This document shows, piece by piece, positions 20,122 through 29,979 of a stretch of DNA of 64,000 nt. A program made the position numbers and the translations under genes. How positions within the stretch are numbered: position 1 is the first letter of the stretch; each line of letters begins with the position of its first letter. This DNA comes from Candidatus Nomurabacteria bacterium (lineage in GTDB: Bacteria; Patescibacteriota; Minisyncoccia; Phycocordibacterales; JAACPR01): positions 21,128-85,127 of the forward strand of contig JACKFZ010000005.1 in the NCBI GenBank assembly GCA_020632215.1, in the 5' to 3' direction. A model generated the notes under the pieces. The model was not told the DNA's origin. It worked only from the letters and a program-made list of their open reading frames with translations, and searched no databases.

Positions 20122-20667
20122 TTAGATTTTTTTGACTTGCAAGAAATCAAGTTCCACTGGAGTTTCTCGACCAAACATCGAAACTAAGACTTTAACTTTT
20201 CCTCTTTCTTCATCAACTTCTTCAATCTTTCCTTCAAGTTCTTTGAAAGGACCATCAACAACAGAGATGATATCTCCCACTTCGAGATCAATAGCATGCT
20301 TTGTGTTGTCATTGTTCATTCTTCGGAACAATTCATCTATTTCCTTTTTATCCAAAGGTACAGGGTAAATTCCAGATCCAACAAATCCAGTAACCCGAGG
20401 AGTGTTTCTGATGACGTACCAAGAATCATCGGTTACAACCATATCTACTAGAACATACCCAGGATAAATTTTTTCTTCTACTTCTACTCGTTTTCCTGCC
20501 TTGATCTTGATCTTTTTTTCCATAGGAACAACAATGTTGAAGATTTTATCTTCCATTCCTAGAGATTCAACTCTCTGTTTTAGATTTCTTAGAACAGCAT
20601 TTTCGTATCCAGCATAAGTGTGGATTGCGTACCAGTTCCGATCTCTTTTTGGTTGTTGTTTTTGCAT
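20122..20667 (-). CDS. nusG: transcription antiterminator NusG
   Basis: [18 protein letters not shown] domain plus a KOW region; canonical secE-nusG-rplK order. Confidence 0.9.
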   Translation of the reverse strand: MQKQQPKRDRNWYAIHTYAGYENAVLRNLKQRVESLGMEDKIFNIVVPMEKKIKIKAGKRVEVEEKIYPGYVLVDMVVTDDSWYVIRNTPRVTGFVGSGIYPVPLDKKEIDELFRRMNNDNTKHAIDLEVGDIISVVDGPFKELEGKIEEVDEERGKVKVLVSMFGRETPVELDFLQVKKI

Positions 20668-20686
20668 ATTGATAATTTATTAAAAT

Positions 20687-20866
20687 TTAGATAACAAGAG
20701 ATTCAACAATGTATGTGAATAGCCAATCAAAAAATCCTAGGTAAATAGAAATTGCTACAGAAATCAAAACAACCAGACCAGTATAGACAAGTGATTGTTT
20801 TCTAGTTGGCCAACTAACATGTTTTAGTTCCCCTTTTGTATCTTTAATATAATTTATTAATCCCAT
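20687..20866 (-). CDS. secE: preprotein translocase subunit SecE
   Basis: Own translation: MGLINYIKDTKGELKHVSWPTRKQSLVYTGLVVLISVAISIYLGFFDWLFTYIVESLVI matches the SecE consensus. It is 59 aa, below the ORF-track cutoff, and sits immediately upstream of nusG. Confidence 0.7.
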   Translation of the reverse strand: MGLINYIKDTKGELKHVSWPTRKQSLVYTGLVVLISVAISIYLGFFDWLFTYIVESLVI

Positions 20867-20937
20867 ATTTTTACTAATTTATCCATTTTTAAAAGCCCTT
20901 TCGGGCCTTTTGATACGTACATATTACAGGGTTAAAA

Positions 20938-21020
20938 AGAGAATGTCAACCACGTAAAGAACGTAAAAAGATTTTCTAACGAAAATCTTCACGTTCCACG
21001 TGGCAGGCCACGATTCTGTC
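20938..21020. repeat. about 80-bp palindromic REP/MITE-like element, copy A
   Basis: gagaatgtcaaccacgtaaagaacgtaaaaagattttctaacgaaaatcttcacgttccacgtggcaggccacgattctg. Near-identical copies at 21530..21612 and 22908..22990. Confidence 0.8.
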
Positions 21021-21127
21021 CCAACAATGAGAGAAACACTGTCAAATATATAAAAACAAAAAGAGTTGCCCACCGAGCTTGCGTGTCGGCGGGGCTTAAG
21101 GGAAAAAAGTATGGTGAGAATATCAAT

Positions 21128-21451
21128 TCAATCTATTCTCTCCCAATAATGCGGAAAAATCATTTGCAACACCAGTGGCCATTTTTCCTTTTGAGCGCTG
21201 GTGCAAAAGACTGTCCCCAGGAAGGAGTAGAGAATGAACAGGCAAACATTCAAATAGAACACGCCCTTCATCACATACTCGACCCGTTGGGTTGTTAATT
21301 CGTCTTCCATGGTAAAGACGGTGAGCAAGATTATTGTTCCCACCAACATGGCGAGGTAGGTCACAACGAAAATCACGAATTGTTTGAGGAGGAACGCACA
21401 GAAGTCCCACATTTCATCCATGATTTCATATATCAGATCCAGTGTTTTCAT
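21128..21451 (-). CDS. small membrane protein, hypothetical (GC-rich)
   Basis: 107-aa ORF with two TM helices; shares a 5' leader with the pilin-like gene at 12365..12835. Confidence 0.4.
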   Translation of the reverse strand: MKTLDLIYEIMDEMWDFCAFLLKQFVIFVVTYLAMLVGTIILLTVFTMEDELTTQRVEYVMKGVFYLNVCLFILYSFLGTVFCTSAQKEKWPLVLQMIFPHYWERID

Positions 21452-21529
21452 AATCTTATGCGCCTCCTTTCAAGCGCAGGGGTTTTGTTAAAACGAACGG
21501 TTCCTAAGAAATAACCTACTATTTTGAAA

Positions 21530-21612
21530 GAGAATGTCAACCACATAAAGAACGTAAAAAGATTTTCTTCGAAAATCTTCACGTTCCACGTGGCAGGTCA
21601 CGATTCTGGTCC
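21530..21612. repeat. REP/MITE-like palindromic element, copy B
   Basis: Near-identical to copy A. Confidence 0.8.
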
Positions 21613-21634
21613 AGATTTCGTACTTAGCGTTTCG

Positions 21635-22435
21635 CTACTTTATCTCGTAAGTAACATAAACCCTAATAGTAATTGTGTTTTCACCAGTTGGTAGACTTGG
21701 AGCAGCAGAACTTTTTACAGCAACATCTCCTCCCATTCCGTAAGCTTCAGGGTAAGGGTAAAATCCGCTATCTTCACTAAAACTAACAACCTTTTTTATC
21801 TTCACTCCCAGATCTTTTGCCAATTGTTCTGCTTTTGCTCTAGCATCTTGAACAGCCTTTGTTCTAGCCTCTTCTCTCAAATCATCCTCATCGTCAATTG
21901 TGAATTGAAGTCCACTAATATTTGTCACCCCTGTTGTTCCAATGCCAGATAGAATCTCTCCCGCCTTGTTTGTCTCTCTAACTTTGACTTCTACACTTTG
22001 ATTGACATCGTATCCAATAACGACTGGTTCTTGAGGAGGACAGTTGTATCCACGACAATCTCCATAACTATATTTTGGAGAAACATAGTAGTTAGTTGTC
22101 TTTATATCCTTCTCATCAATGTTGTTATCTTTCAAATAGTCTAAAGCCTTATTCATACTTTCTGCAGAAAGTTGCTGTGCCGCTTCTACTGACTCTGCAC
22201 TAGCATTGACTGAGAATGTAAATTTTGCCACGTCAGGTGCAGCTACCACTTCCCCTTCTCCTTGAACAGAAACGGTATTGGCCGCATAAGTGTCGTCAGT
22301 GGCATCCCACATCGCTACCTCAGTAATAATTTTTGATATTAAAAATAGTGACAAAAGTCCAACTGCAATAGTTGTCACAAATAGAGTTGTATTTACTGCA
22401 AAACTTCTATCTTCTAAAAATCTTTTAACGCACAT
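21635..22435 (-). CDS. SIMPL-domain (BP26/OMP28-like, DUF541) protein
   Basis: N-terminal TM segment, then ...TVSVQGEGEVVAAPDVAKFTFSV... and a C-terminal repeat characteristic of SIMPL. Confidence 0.55.
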   Translation of the reverse strand: MCVKRFLEDRSFAVNTTLFVTTIAVGLLSLFLISKIITEVAMWDATDDTYAANTVSVQGEGEVVAAPDVAKFTFSVNASAESVEAAQQLSAESMNKALDYLKDNNIDEKDIKTTNYYVSPKYSYGDCRGYNCPPQEPVVIGYDVNQSVEVKVRETNKAGEILSGIGTTGVTNISGLQFTIDDEDDLREEARTKAVQDARAKAEQLAKDLGVKIKKVVSFSEDSGFYPYPEAYGMGGDVAVKSSAAPSLPTGENTITIRVYVTYEIK

Positions 22436-22549
22436 AATTTACAAAGTTAATATTAATAGATTCATCATACAACAACTATATATAAAAGCGAAAGGGCTCC
22501 GTGGTGGGAGCCCTATTTAATGATTGAAAGCGGATTTGGTTCAATCCTG

Positions 22550-22846
22550 TCACGGATGAACTAGCTCCACAATCTTGAAAACGATGAGTCTGTCGCTTGA
22601 TGAGACTTCCTCGAGTCTTGCAACACCGGAAGGTGCGTAGAGTCGAAGTATAAGGGATTTCACCGCACCAACCGAAGGTGCATAACGGTGAGATTCATAA
22701 GCAATCTCCCCATCTCGGTTGAGAAGAGTGCCCCCATTACGACAGACTGACACAACAACGGATTTTTCAGATTCCCGTATCTGGACATGGAGACAGTCCC
22801 CAAATTTCAGTGAAGTTGCTTGACCATTAAAATCGAAAAGTTGCAT
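22550..22846 (-). CDS. hypothetical protein (GC-rich)
   Basis: 98-aa ORF with an AAGGAG SD. Confidence 0.35.
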   Translation of the reverse strand: MQLFDFNGQATSLKFGDCLHVQIRESEKSVVVSVCRNGGTLLNRDGEIAYESHRYAPSVGAVKSLILRLYAPSGVARLEEVSSSDRLIVFKIVELVHP

Positions 22847-22907
22847 AGCTCAATCTCCTTTTGTTTAGGTTAAAATCGGTTCCAATGGCGATACTACATT
22901 TTGGGAA

Positions 22908-22990
22908 AGTGGAAGTCAACCACGTAAAGAACGTAAAAATATTTTCTTCGAAAATATTCACGTTCCACGTGGCGGGCCACACTTTCTCCT
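22908..22990. repeat. REP/MITE-like palindromic element, copy C
   Basis: ggaagtcaaccacgtaaagaacgtaaaaatattttcttcgaaaatattcacgttccacgtggcgggccac. Confidence 0.8.
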
Positions 22991-23179
22991 TTCCTCTTGT
23001 AAAAGGAAAGAGAATAGAGGAAAGAATGAAAACCTTTTAAGACATGTTTAGTATAATGTGAAATATATTAACTCTCATTACAGAAAAGATCCCGGATCGA
23101 GTCCGGGATGACATTGTTTGTTTATGATTTAGAATTTAGAATTTGTTTCAAATTAGGATTTAGAATTTTGTGCTTTCTC

Positions 23180-23887
23180 CTATTGTTGTCCCAAAATTGT
23201 ATCAATAACTTGCCTAAAAGCTTCTATTGGTTGAGCACCATTGACTGTAGCTTTCAAACCATTCGGACCAACCACAACTGTATACGGAGTTCCTTGTGCC
23301 CCGACAGCAACAGCATTATTTCTATCGTCAATTACATCTTGTTGAAATTCGTCACTGTTAATACAAGCTCTAACATTTTCTCCATTTAGACCTATTTGAT
23401 TTGCAAGAGTAACTATAGCTTCTTCTCCTTTTGTTCCTTGTTCAAAGACTTTTCCAATAAAAGACCAGAATGAATCATTGCCCCCTTCTTTGGCTACACA
23501 CTCAGAAGCAAGAGCCAGCTGTCCAGCATTAGGATGAATCTGGCTTAGAGGAAAATGTCGGTACACCCATGCCACTTTTCCATCATACTCTTCTACTATT
23601 TTTTCAATTGTTGGATGAACTTTTGAACAAAATGGACATTCTAAGTCAGAATACTCTACAAGTATCACAGATGCGTTTGGGTTGCCAATAATGTGATCTT
23701 CGTCAGTTACTGGAGTCAACGAGCTTAAGTCTGGCTGTTGCTCTTCTTGTTGTGCAGGTTGCTCTGCTTCTTCTGTGACATCAGAACCACTTTTATCATT
23801 AGTTAAATAAACAGCTCCAGCCACTAGCAATCCAGCGATAACTATAGACAATGGAACCATGATGTTGCTGTTGTTTTTCTCTTCCAT
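23180..23887 (-). CDS. DsbA-like thiol:disulfide oxidoreductase (thioredoxin fold)
   Basis: N-terminal TM segment and a CPFC active-site motif (EYSDLECPFCSKVHP). Confidence 0.7.
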   Translation of the reverse strand: MEEKNNSNIMVPLSIVIAGLLVAGAVYLTNDKSGSDVTEEAEQPAQQEEQQPDLSSLTPVTDEDHIIGNPNASVILVEYSDLECPFCSKVHPTIEKIVEEYDGKVAWVYRHFPLSQIHPNAGQLALASECVAKEGGNDSFWSFIGKVFEQGTKGEEAIVTLANQIGLNGENVRACINSDEFQQDVIDDRNNAVAVGAQGTPYTVVVGPNGLKATVNGAQPIEAFRQVIDTILGQQ

Positions 23888-24015
23888 ATTTTAAAAATTA
23901 ATTGTATAGGAGAAGTGTACTGCAGAAAGAGCCTATAGGCAAATACATCCTTTTGTCGTCCCAGACCCTGCTTGCCGGCAGTCAGGTTGATCCGAGTTCT
24001 GTTGTGACGCTAGAG

Positions 24016-24414
24016 TTATAAATTAAGAAAAGTAATACTTATTTGCAACACTGTAGCAAAAGCTCCCCATAATAGATAAGGAATTAGAAGCCAAAATATC
24101 ACTTTTGAATATTTCCATATCTTGATCTCGAAAATAGCAAGTGTTGTGATGATTAATAATATATCAATCATGGCCAACACATTGTTTTGTAAACCAAATT
24201 GAATGGGAGAAAAGATAAAGTTACCAATCATATTAATAATCAATAACCAAAAAAGTTTCTGTGGAATCCTCTTTTTTGCTACTCCAATAATGAGAAAGAT
24301 GAAGGCAATAGCAATCAAAGGATAAATAATTCCCCAAGCAAGACCAAATGCCCAACTAGGTGGTGCAAAGAATGGTTTTTCTAATACTTGATACCACTGA
24401 TACGTGTTGTCCAT
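24016..24414 (-). CDS. tspO: TspO/MBR family tryptophan-rich membrane protein
   Basis: WYQVLEKPFFAPPSWAFGLAWGIIYPLI and the C-terminal PYLLWGAFATVLQ match TspO hallmarks. Confidence 0.55.
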   Translation of the reverse strand: MDNTYQWYQVLEKPFFAPPSWAFGLAWGIIYPLIAIAFIFLIIGVAKKRIPQKLFWLLIINMIGNFIFSPIQFGLQNNVLAMIDILLIITTLAIFEIKIWKYSKVIFWLLIPYLLWGAFATVLQISITFLNL

Positions 24415-24813
24415 TTAAGCAATAGAAAAGATAAGGGCGGTTACTAATAGAGAAACTAGTCTATATGAAAAATTAATCCAAAAAATTCCCCAAGGTCTTT
24501 TTTCCCATAAACTTCCATCCGCCATAACAGGAAACATTACACCAATAGCAAATAGCAAAGCAACACAGTAAGGATTAATACCAGAAACATTCAGAGTGTA
24601 ATTGAAAGCTCCAGCCACAACGACTTGTAAAAGAAAACCAGTAAGAATTGTTAGTCCCATCCCCTCTTTACTACCAGCTTCCATTTCTTCTTTAGATATT
24701 CCTTGCAATTTCGCCCAATGTGCTCCAAAAGCTCTTTGGGAATACCAGATCATCCCGAGAGCCATGCTGACAACTGCAGCGATTAAGATAACAAAATAAT
24801 TTAAATCAGCCAT
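24415..24813 (-). CDS. membrane protein, hypothetical
   Basis: 132-aa ORF with four TM helices. Confidence 0.4.
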   Translation of the reverse strand: MADLNYFVILIAAVVSMALGMIWYSQRAFGAHWAKLQGISKEEMEAGSKEGMGLTILTGFLLQVVVAGAFNYTLNVSGINPYCVALLFAIGVMFPVMADGSLWEKRPWGIFWINFSYRLVSLLVTALIFSIA

Positions 24814-25311
24814 ATATTAGTTAGTAGTTAATAGTAAATAGTTAGTAGTGGTAAATACTAGTTTTGTATTTACTGAATAATTATAGCGTAAAGTTGGTTT
24901 TAGATAAAAAGTAGACGTGCAGGTTCTCGGGAGGAGATGAGAGCCTGCACGCCTTGGATGGTCGGTGGTGTTCGCGACGAAATCACAGTTCCGAATCCGG
25001 GCACGGATCCAGCGGAACGCTGGATCCATTTGAGGGATGAGGAAGGTCGGCATCCATGTAATAGGTGCCGTCGGTCATGATGGGATCAAATTTCATGATG
25101 AATTACTGGGTTGGTTGTTAGAGAAAATGTTTCGGTTTCTATTCACGATTATACAACACGAAGTAAGAAAAAGTCAATTTTTTGGGGAAATAAGACCAAA
25201 ATGTGGATAAATGGCCACTCCTTCCATTATTCTGAATCTGCCGGCTAGCATGCAGGGTTTTATTCGTTCCTGACAAAACTTCAGGACGACCAATACATAC
25301 TATTACCTAAC

Positions 25312-26286
25312 CTACGCTTTTGAGTTTACCTCGTAATTTGTATTCTGCTGTTCAAAAAAGTTTACAAGCTCAAAGACATCTGTAGAAGTCGCCATCCACT
25401 TAGCAGGATTCTGGACATTGTAATGTGGCTCAAATCCTAGTTCTTCAAGTCTTCTATCTGCAACATACTTCACATATTGATTGACATAGTCAGAGTTCAA
25501 ACCAAGAATACCGTGTTTAAACAAGTCTTTATTATACTCAATTTCAATATTTACTCCTTTAACAATTAGATCTCGAATCTCGGTAGCAAATTCTTCTGTT
25601 ACCAACTCAGCATTTTCTTCTAAAACAGTTAGGAGAAGAGTCATACCAAATTTTAAATGCAAACTTTCATCTCGAATAATCCAATTTATAAGAGAGCCAA
25701 AGTTTCTAAGTTTGTTTCTTTGTCGAAAAGAAAGCATAACCATGAATCCTGAGTAAAACCAAACTCCTTCCATAACAATATTTGTAGCGATAAGATTTCT
25801 GATGAAATCTTTTTTCCCTTCATCTGAAGTAATATTGAGAGAGCTTTCTGTCATTTTCTTTGTAAATCCTTGTACAAATTGTTCTTTAGCTTGCATTGAT
25901 TCTGTAATCAAATGCTTCCCGTAAATTTCATCTCTATTCCAAGGAAAAGTTTCCAGCATGTATTCAAAAGTCATACAATGATTAGCTTCTTCCCACATCC
26001 ATTTAGCAATATATAAGTGACACTCAGCAGATTTGATATATGGATAAATACCAAGAGCAATAGATCTGTTAACAATAAGTTCTGCTGGATTCATAAACGA
26101 CATAATGAACTTTACGGCTTCAACTTCATCAGTGGTCATACTTGCCAAGTCATCAAGATCTTCTTTTAATGGAATTTCCTTTGGGAACCAGGTATTAGCA
26201 ACAGCTTGATCATACATCTCCCTAGCCCACGGATATTCACTTGGATAAATGTTATAGTCTTTTTCTTCTGCTGTTCCGATGATCAT
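25312..26286 (-). CDS. nrdB: ribonucleotide reductase class I beta subunit
   Basis: R2 di-iron ligand blocks (WMWEEANH, NIVMEGVWFYSGF). Confidence 0.9.
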   Translation of the reverse strand: MIIGTAEEKDYNIYPSEYPWAREMYDQAVANTWFPKEIPLKEDLDDLASMTTDEVEAVKFIMSFMNPAELIVNRSIALGIYPYIKSAECHLYIAKWMWEEANHCMTFEYMLETFPWNRDEIYGKHLITESMQAKEQFVQGFTKKMTESSLNITSDEGKKDFIRNLIATNIVMEGVWFYSGFMVMLSFRQRNKLRNFGSLINWIIRDESLHLKFGMTLLLTVLEENAELVTEEFATEIRDLIVKGVNIEIEYNKDLFKHGILGLNSDYVNQYVKYVADRRLEELGFEPHYNVQNPAKWMATSTDVFELVNFFEQQNTNYEVNSKA

Positions 26287-26355
26287 ATTAGTTGGTAGTT
26301 AATAATTGATAATTAAAAGTTTTATCACGTGGCCGGCGAAGCCGGCTTTACGTGA

Positions 26356-28962
26356 TTATTGACAACTATCGCAAACAAATCTTTCTTGTGGATCTTCTGG
26401 ACCCTTAACATCATTACTGGCAGTTACAGGCACTTTAACGCCGGGAGTTACTGGACTTTCAACACTTGGTGCTGGTTCTGCTGTTGTATGTTCTTTTTCT
26501 TCTACATTGTGTGAAATTTGTGATAGTTTCTGTCGCAAAGCACCGAATCCAACTTTTCCAAGAGAAGCTCCTTTGTTTACCTTGGTAGTAGATTGCTCTG
26601 CAGTATGGCGTGGCTTCATATGTAAGTAGTAAGTAGATTTCAAACCCTTTCTCCAAGCTGTAGTATAAATATTCATAATCTCTTCATTGTCTCTTGTTTC
26701 TAAATACATATTTCTAGAAAGAGCTTGATCGACCCATTTCTGAGCTCTAGCAGCAACTTCGACATAAGCGTAAGGCGAGGTTGTAAATGCTGTTTTATAA
26801 ATTTCTTTTAGCTCTGCTGGTATTTCTTCGATATTTGCAATGTCTCCTTGAGCTTCGACAATTTTTTCTTTTACTTTCTCCCAAAGATTAATTTTCTTTA
26901 GATCAGCAACGAGGTTGGTGTTGATGTCTAAATATTTTCCAGACATTTTATTTCGTGAAAATACTTGAGCAAATCTTGCATCAATACCAGGTGTTGTAGC
27001 TGCCACCAAACCAATGTTTGCATTTGGAGCAACAGCCATCAAAGTTGCGTTTCTAATCCCCTTCTTAACTTTTTCTCGTAACACGTCCCAGTTTAGTCCT
27101 TTGTGTTTGCTTTCTTTATCAATATCAAGTGTAATACCTCTTTCTTGTTCTAATTTTGCGATACTATCAATTGGCACTTTTCCTTTTGACCACATTGATC
27201 CTGCGTAGTTTGGATAACTTCCTCTCTCTTCTGCTAATGACGCACTTTCGTCAATTGCCATATAACTAATAAATTCAAAAATTCTATCTGCAAAATCATA
27301 AGCTTGTGGACTATCATATGAAAATCCCATTCTTTCTGTAGCATCTGCAAATCCCATCACTCCAAGACCGATCGCTCTGTTTTGTTTGTCAGCATTTTCT
27401 GCTTCTTTGATAGGTAACACATTGATATCAATGAGGTTATCTAGATGTCTTGTGGCAATTCTAACTGTTTGTTCAAGTCTTTGCCAATCAACTTCCTTAT
27501 CTTTGATATGATTTGCCAAATTAATAGATCCTAAATTACAAACAGCGATGTTATCTTTGTCCTGAGGAAGGCAAATTTCTGTACATAAGTTAGACATATG
27601 AATTGTGCCAGTATTGTTATTCAAAGCTCGCAAGTTTATAGAGTCCTTCCATGTCAACCATGGGTGCGAAGTACCTTGCAAAGAAACTAAAATTTGTCTG
27701 TACTGCTCCTTAGCTGGAACTTTTTTGTAAGTTCTAAGTTCCCCCTTTTCTGCTTTTTCAATATACTCTGCATATCTTCGACTAAAAGCCGCTCCATAAA
27801 GCTCGTTCAGATCAGGAGTTTCTTTAGGATCAAACATATACCATTCATCGTCATCTTGAACTCTCTTCATAAATTCATCAGAAAGATAGCAAGCTGTATT
27901 AGCGGTTCTCATTCTCAAATGCTCATCTCCTGAGTTAAATCTCCATTCGATAAACTCTGGAAAGTCTGTGTGCCAGTTTTCCATATAGAAACAAAGAGCA
28001 CCTTTTTTCTTTCCTCCTCTTTGAATTGCTCGAATTGCAACATCAATAATTTTTGCAAAAGGAGTTGGTCCAGAAGAAACTGTGTTAGAAGCAGCCAGTG
28101 GAGAACCGCTGGCTCGCAACTTTGTAATAGAAGCACCGATTCCTCCCGAAGCTTTGGAGAGCATCATAATGTCTGATACCGACTTCGCAATGTGTTCCAT
28201 ATCATCATGAATTTCCAAAAGAAAACAGTTGGACATTGCAGGTCTAGGAGTTCCCGAATTTAAATTTGTTGACCCAGCAGCTAAATAATCAAGTTTAGAC
28301 ATTTTGTCGTAAAACTTTGTAGCATATTCTGTTGGATTTTCTTCATTATACGAAAGACCCATAGCAACTCTCATAAAAAGATATTGTGGAGTCTCACATG
28401 GAGTTTGATTTTGATCTTTCAAAGCATATCGATAAAACAATCCTGATAGTCCAGCATAATTAAAAAGTTCATCACGGTTTGTATCTATCACTTTCGAAAG
28501 TTCTTCTAGATCAAACTTGTCGATCATCTTTCGATCAAGTAAACCTATTTCGACTTTTTCTTTTATATAATCAACAAATCTTTTTTGGTGAAGTCTTTGT
28601 GGAGCGGTAGGATCATTTCCATCGTAATCACCAAGAACTTTTTTATAAATTGTCTTTAGAAGAATTCGTTTTGCAACGACATCATAGTCTGGATCATCTT
28701 TGATATTTTGCAACGCAGCACTTATTGTTGCCTCATCTAATTCGTTTTCTGTAACACCATCGTAAAGTGTGAGCTGAGTTTCAGTAGCAATCTGTGTAAC
28801 CATTTGGATTTTATTTTCTAATCCATAACATGCCCTTTCGACAGAGCGATTGATACGATCGGCGTCAAATTGTACTTTGGTTCCGTCTCTTTTTGTGACG
28901 GTTAGCTCAAGTGGTGTCATAACTTTTTCAAAAATTACTATTAATTGTGATGATCCAGTCAA
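26356..28962 (-). CDS. nrdA: ribonucleotide reductase class I alpha subunit
   Basis: N-terminal ATP-cone (VTKRDGTKVQFDADRINRSVERA), catalytic NLCTEI block, C-terminal CDSCQ tail. Confidence 0.9.
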   Translation of the reverse strand: MTGSSQLIVIFEKVMTPLELTVTKRDGTKVQFDADRINRSVERACYGLENKIQMVTQIATETQLTLYDGVTENELDEATISAALQNIKDDPDYDVVAKRILLKTIYKKVLGDYDGNDPTAPQRLHQKRFVDYIKEKVEIGLLDRKMIDKFDLEELSKVIDTNRDELFNYAGLSGLFYRYALKDQNQTPCETPQYLFMRVAMGLSYNEENPTEYATKFYDKMSKLDYLAAGSTNLNSGTPRPAMSNCFLLEIHDDMEHIAKSVSDIMMLSKASGGIGASITKLRASGSPLAASNTVSSGPTPFAKIIDVAIRAIQRGGKKKGALCFYMENWHTDFPEFIEWRFNSGDEHLRMRTANTACYLSDEFMKRVQDDDEWYMFDPKETPDLNELYGAAFSRRYAEYIEKAEKGELRTYKKVPAKEQYRQILVSLQGTSHPWLTWKDSINLRALNNNTGTIHMSNLCTEICLPQDKDNIAVCNLGSINLANHIKDKEVDWQRLEQTVRIATRHLDNLIDINVLPIKEAENADKQNRAIGLGVMGFADATERMGFSYDSPQAYDFADRIFEFISYMAIDESASLAEERGSYPNYAGSMWSKGKVPIDSIAKLEQERGITLDIDKESKHKGLNWDVLREKVKKGIRNATLMAVAPNANIGLVAATTPGIDARFAQVFSRNKMSGKYLDINTNLVADLKKINLWEKVKEKIVEAQGDIANIEEIPAELKEIYKTAFTTSPYAYVEVAARAQKWVDQALSRNMYLETRDNEEIMNIYTTAWRKGLKSTYYLHMKPRHTAEQSTTKVNKGASLGKVGFGALRQKLSQISHNVEEKEHTTAEPAPSVESPVTPGVKVPVTASNDVKGPEDPQERFVCDSCQ

Positions 28963-29315
28963 TTAAAGACGCACTTGTCTCACATACTGGAGAGATTAGT
29001 CAAAATATCACTTTTGACCTCTTGCCCTTGCTCCCCTGCAGTCTGTGAGACTAATGCGTCTTTGACTGTAGGAAAATTATATCAAAGTTACTCTTTCATC
29101 ACATGACTATTAAAGAAAGATAAGCTTATGAGGTGTGGATAAAAAAAATTAGAAAACTATTGAATTACTTTTTCAAGACCTATCGCATAAGATAGCAAGA
29201 AAGAAAGCTAAAAAAGGTCTTTTTTTGATGGTCTCATTTTTCAAAATCACTCTTTTCAAAATAAACTTTCTATGTTAAATTGTCTGCTACCTAATTTTAG
29301 ATAAATAAAACTATC

Positions 29316-29432
29316 ATGAAAGTAAAATCATCAATCAAAAAAGAAAAGCAAGGCGACTTTTTGGTCAAAAGAAGAGGCAAGCTTCATAGAAGAAACAAAA
29401 AAGACCCTCGCCGAAACGCTCGACAAGGATAG
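29316..29432 (+). CDS. rpmJ: ribosomal protein bL36-like (non-zinc variant)
   Basis: Own translation: MKVKSSIKKEKQGDFLVKRRGKLHRRNKKDPRRNARQG aligns with L36 (MKVRASVKK....KRRGR.......K.KQRQG) but lacks the Cys/His zinc ligands. Followed by the terminator aaaaaagccccgcgaaaggggttttt. Below the ORF-track size cutoff. Confidence 0.55.
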   Translation: MKVKSSIKKEKQGDFLVKRRGKLHRRNKKDPRRNARQG

Positions 29433-29474
29433 AGACAAAAAAGCCCCGCGAAAGGGGTTTTTATAATTATCTTT

Positions 29475-29888
29475 TTACCACCTATGAAATCCCCCGTAAA
29501 ATCCGTGGAAGGATGATGAGTAAAGTAGATAAACTCCTAAGACTAAGGCAATAGCAACCCCCAAGTTGTACCAAACTGGTTTATTGAAGTATTGTATAAA
29601 TCTTTTTGTTAGGTGATGTGGTGCAAATGACAAGAAAATTCCTTCAATAACCATTAACCATCCGAGAATAGTGACAATAACCGCAAATCCTGGAAACCAA
29701 AAGTTATGAAGAATAACAACAATCAATCCAAAAAGTAATTCGCCAGCAGCTGTTAATACTATTACCGCTTTACTGTTTACCAAATCTGAAACAAGTTCCT
29801 CGCATTCTTTTCTTCGGAACAAAATTGCCAAACCTTTGACGATAGCAAAGACTCCAAAAATTTTTGCAAAAAATATTGAAATAACCAT
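29475..29888 (-). CDS. membrane protein, hypothetical
   Basis: 137-aa ORF with four TM helices. Confidence 0.4.
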   Translation of the reverse strand: MVISIFFAKIFGVFAIVKGLAILFRRKECEELVSDLVNSKAVIVLTAAGELLFGLIVVILHNFWFPGFAVIVTILGWLMVIEGIFLSFAPHHLTKRFIQYFNKPVWYNLGVAIALVLGVYLLYSSSFHGFYGGFHRW

Positions 29889-29979
29889 ATCTTAAAAAGT
29901 AAATAATAAATAGTAAGTACTAAATAGTAGCGGTGAATGTTCCTCTATTTACTATTTAGTATTTACTAGAATAATTGTA

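Noticed and set aside
24817-25053. 78-aa ORF inside the GC-rich patch
   Set aside because: Low-complexity translation with no start context; more likely noncoding or a relic.
24870-25300. RNase P RNA, tmRNA or SRP RNA in the GC-rich ORF-free patch
   Set aside because: Could not find the P4 GGAAAGUCCGGGCUCC / ACAGAAACCCGGCUUA blocks, a tRNA-like tmRNA end, or SRP domain IV; kept only as an unassigned candidate.
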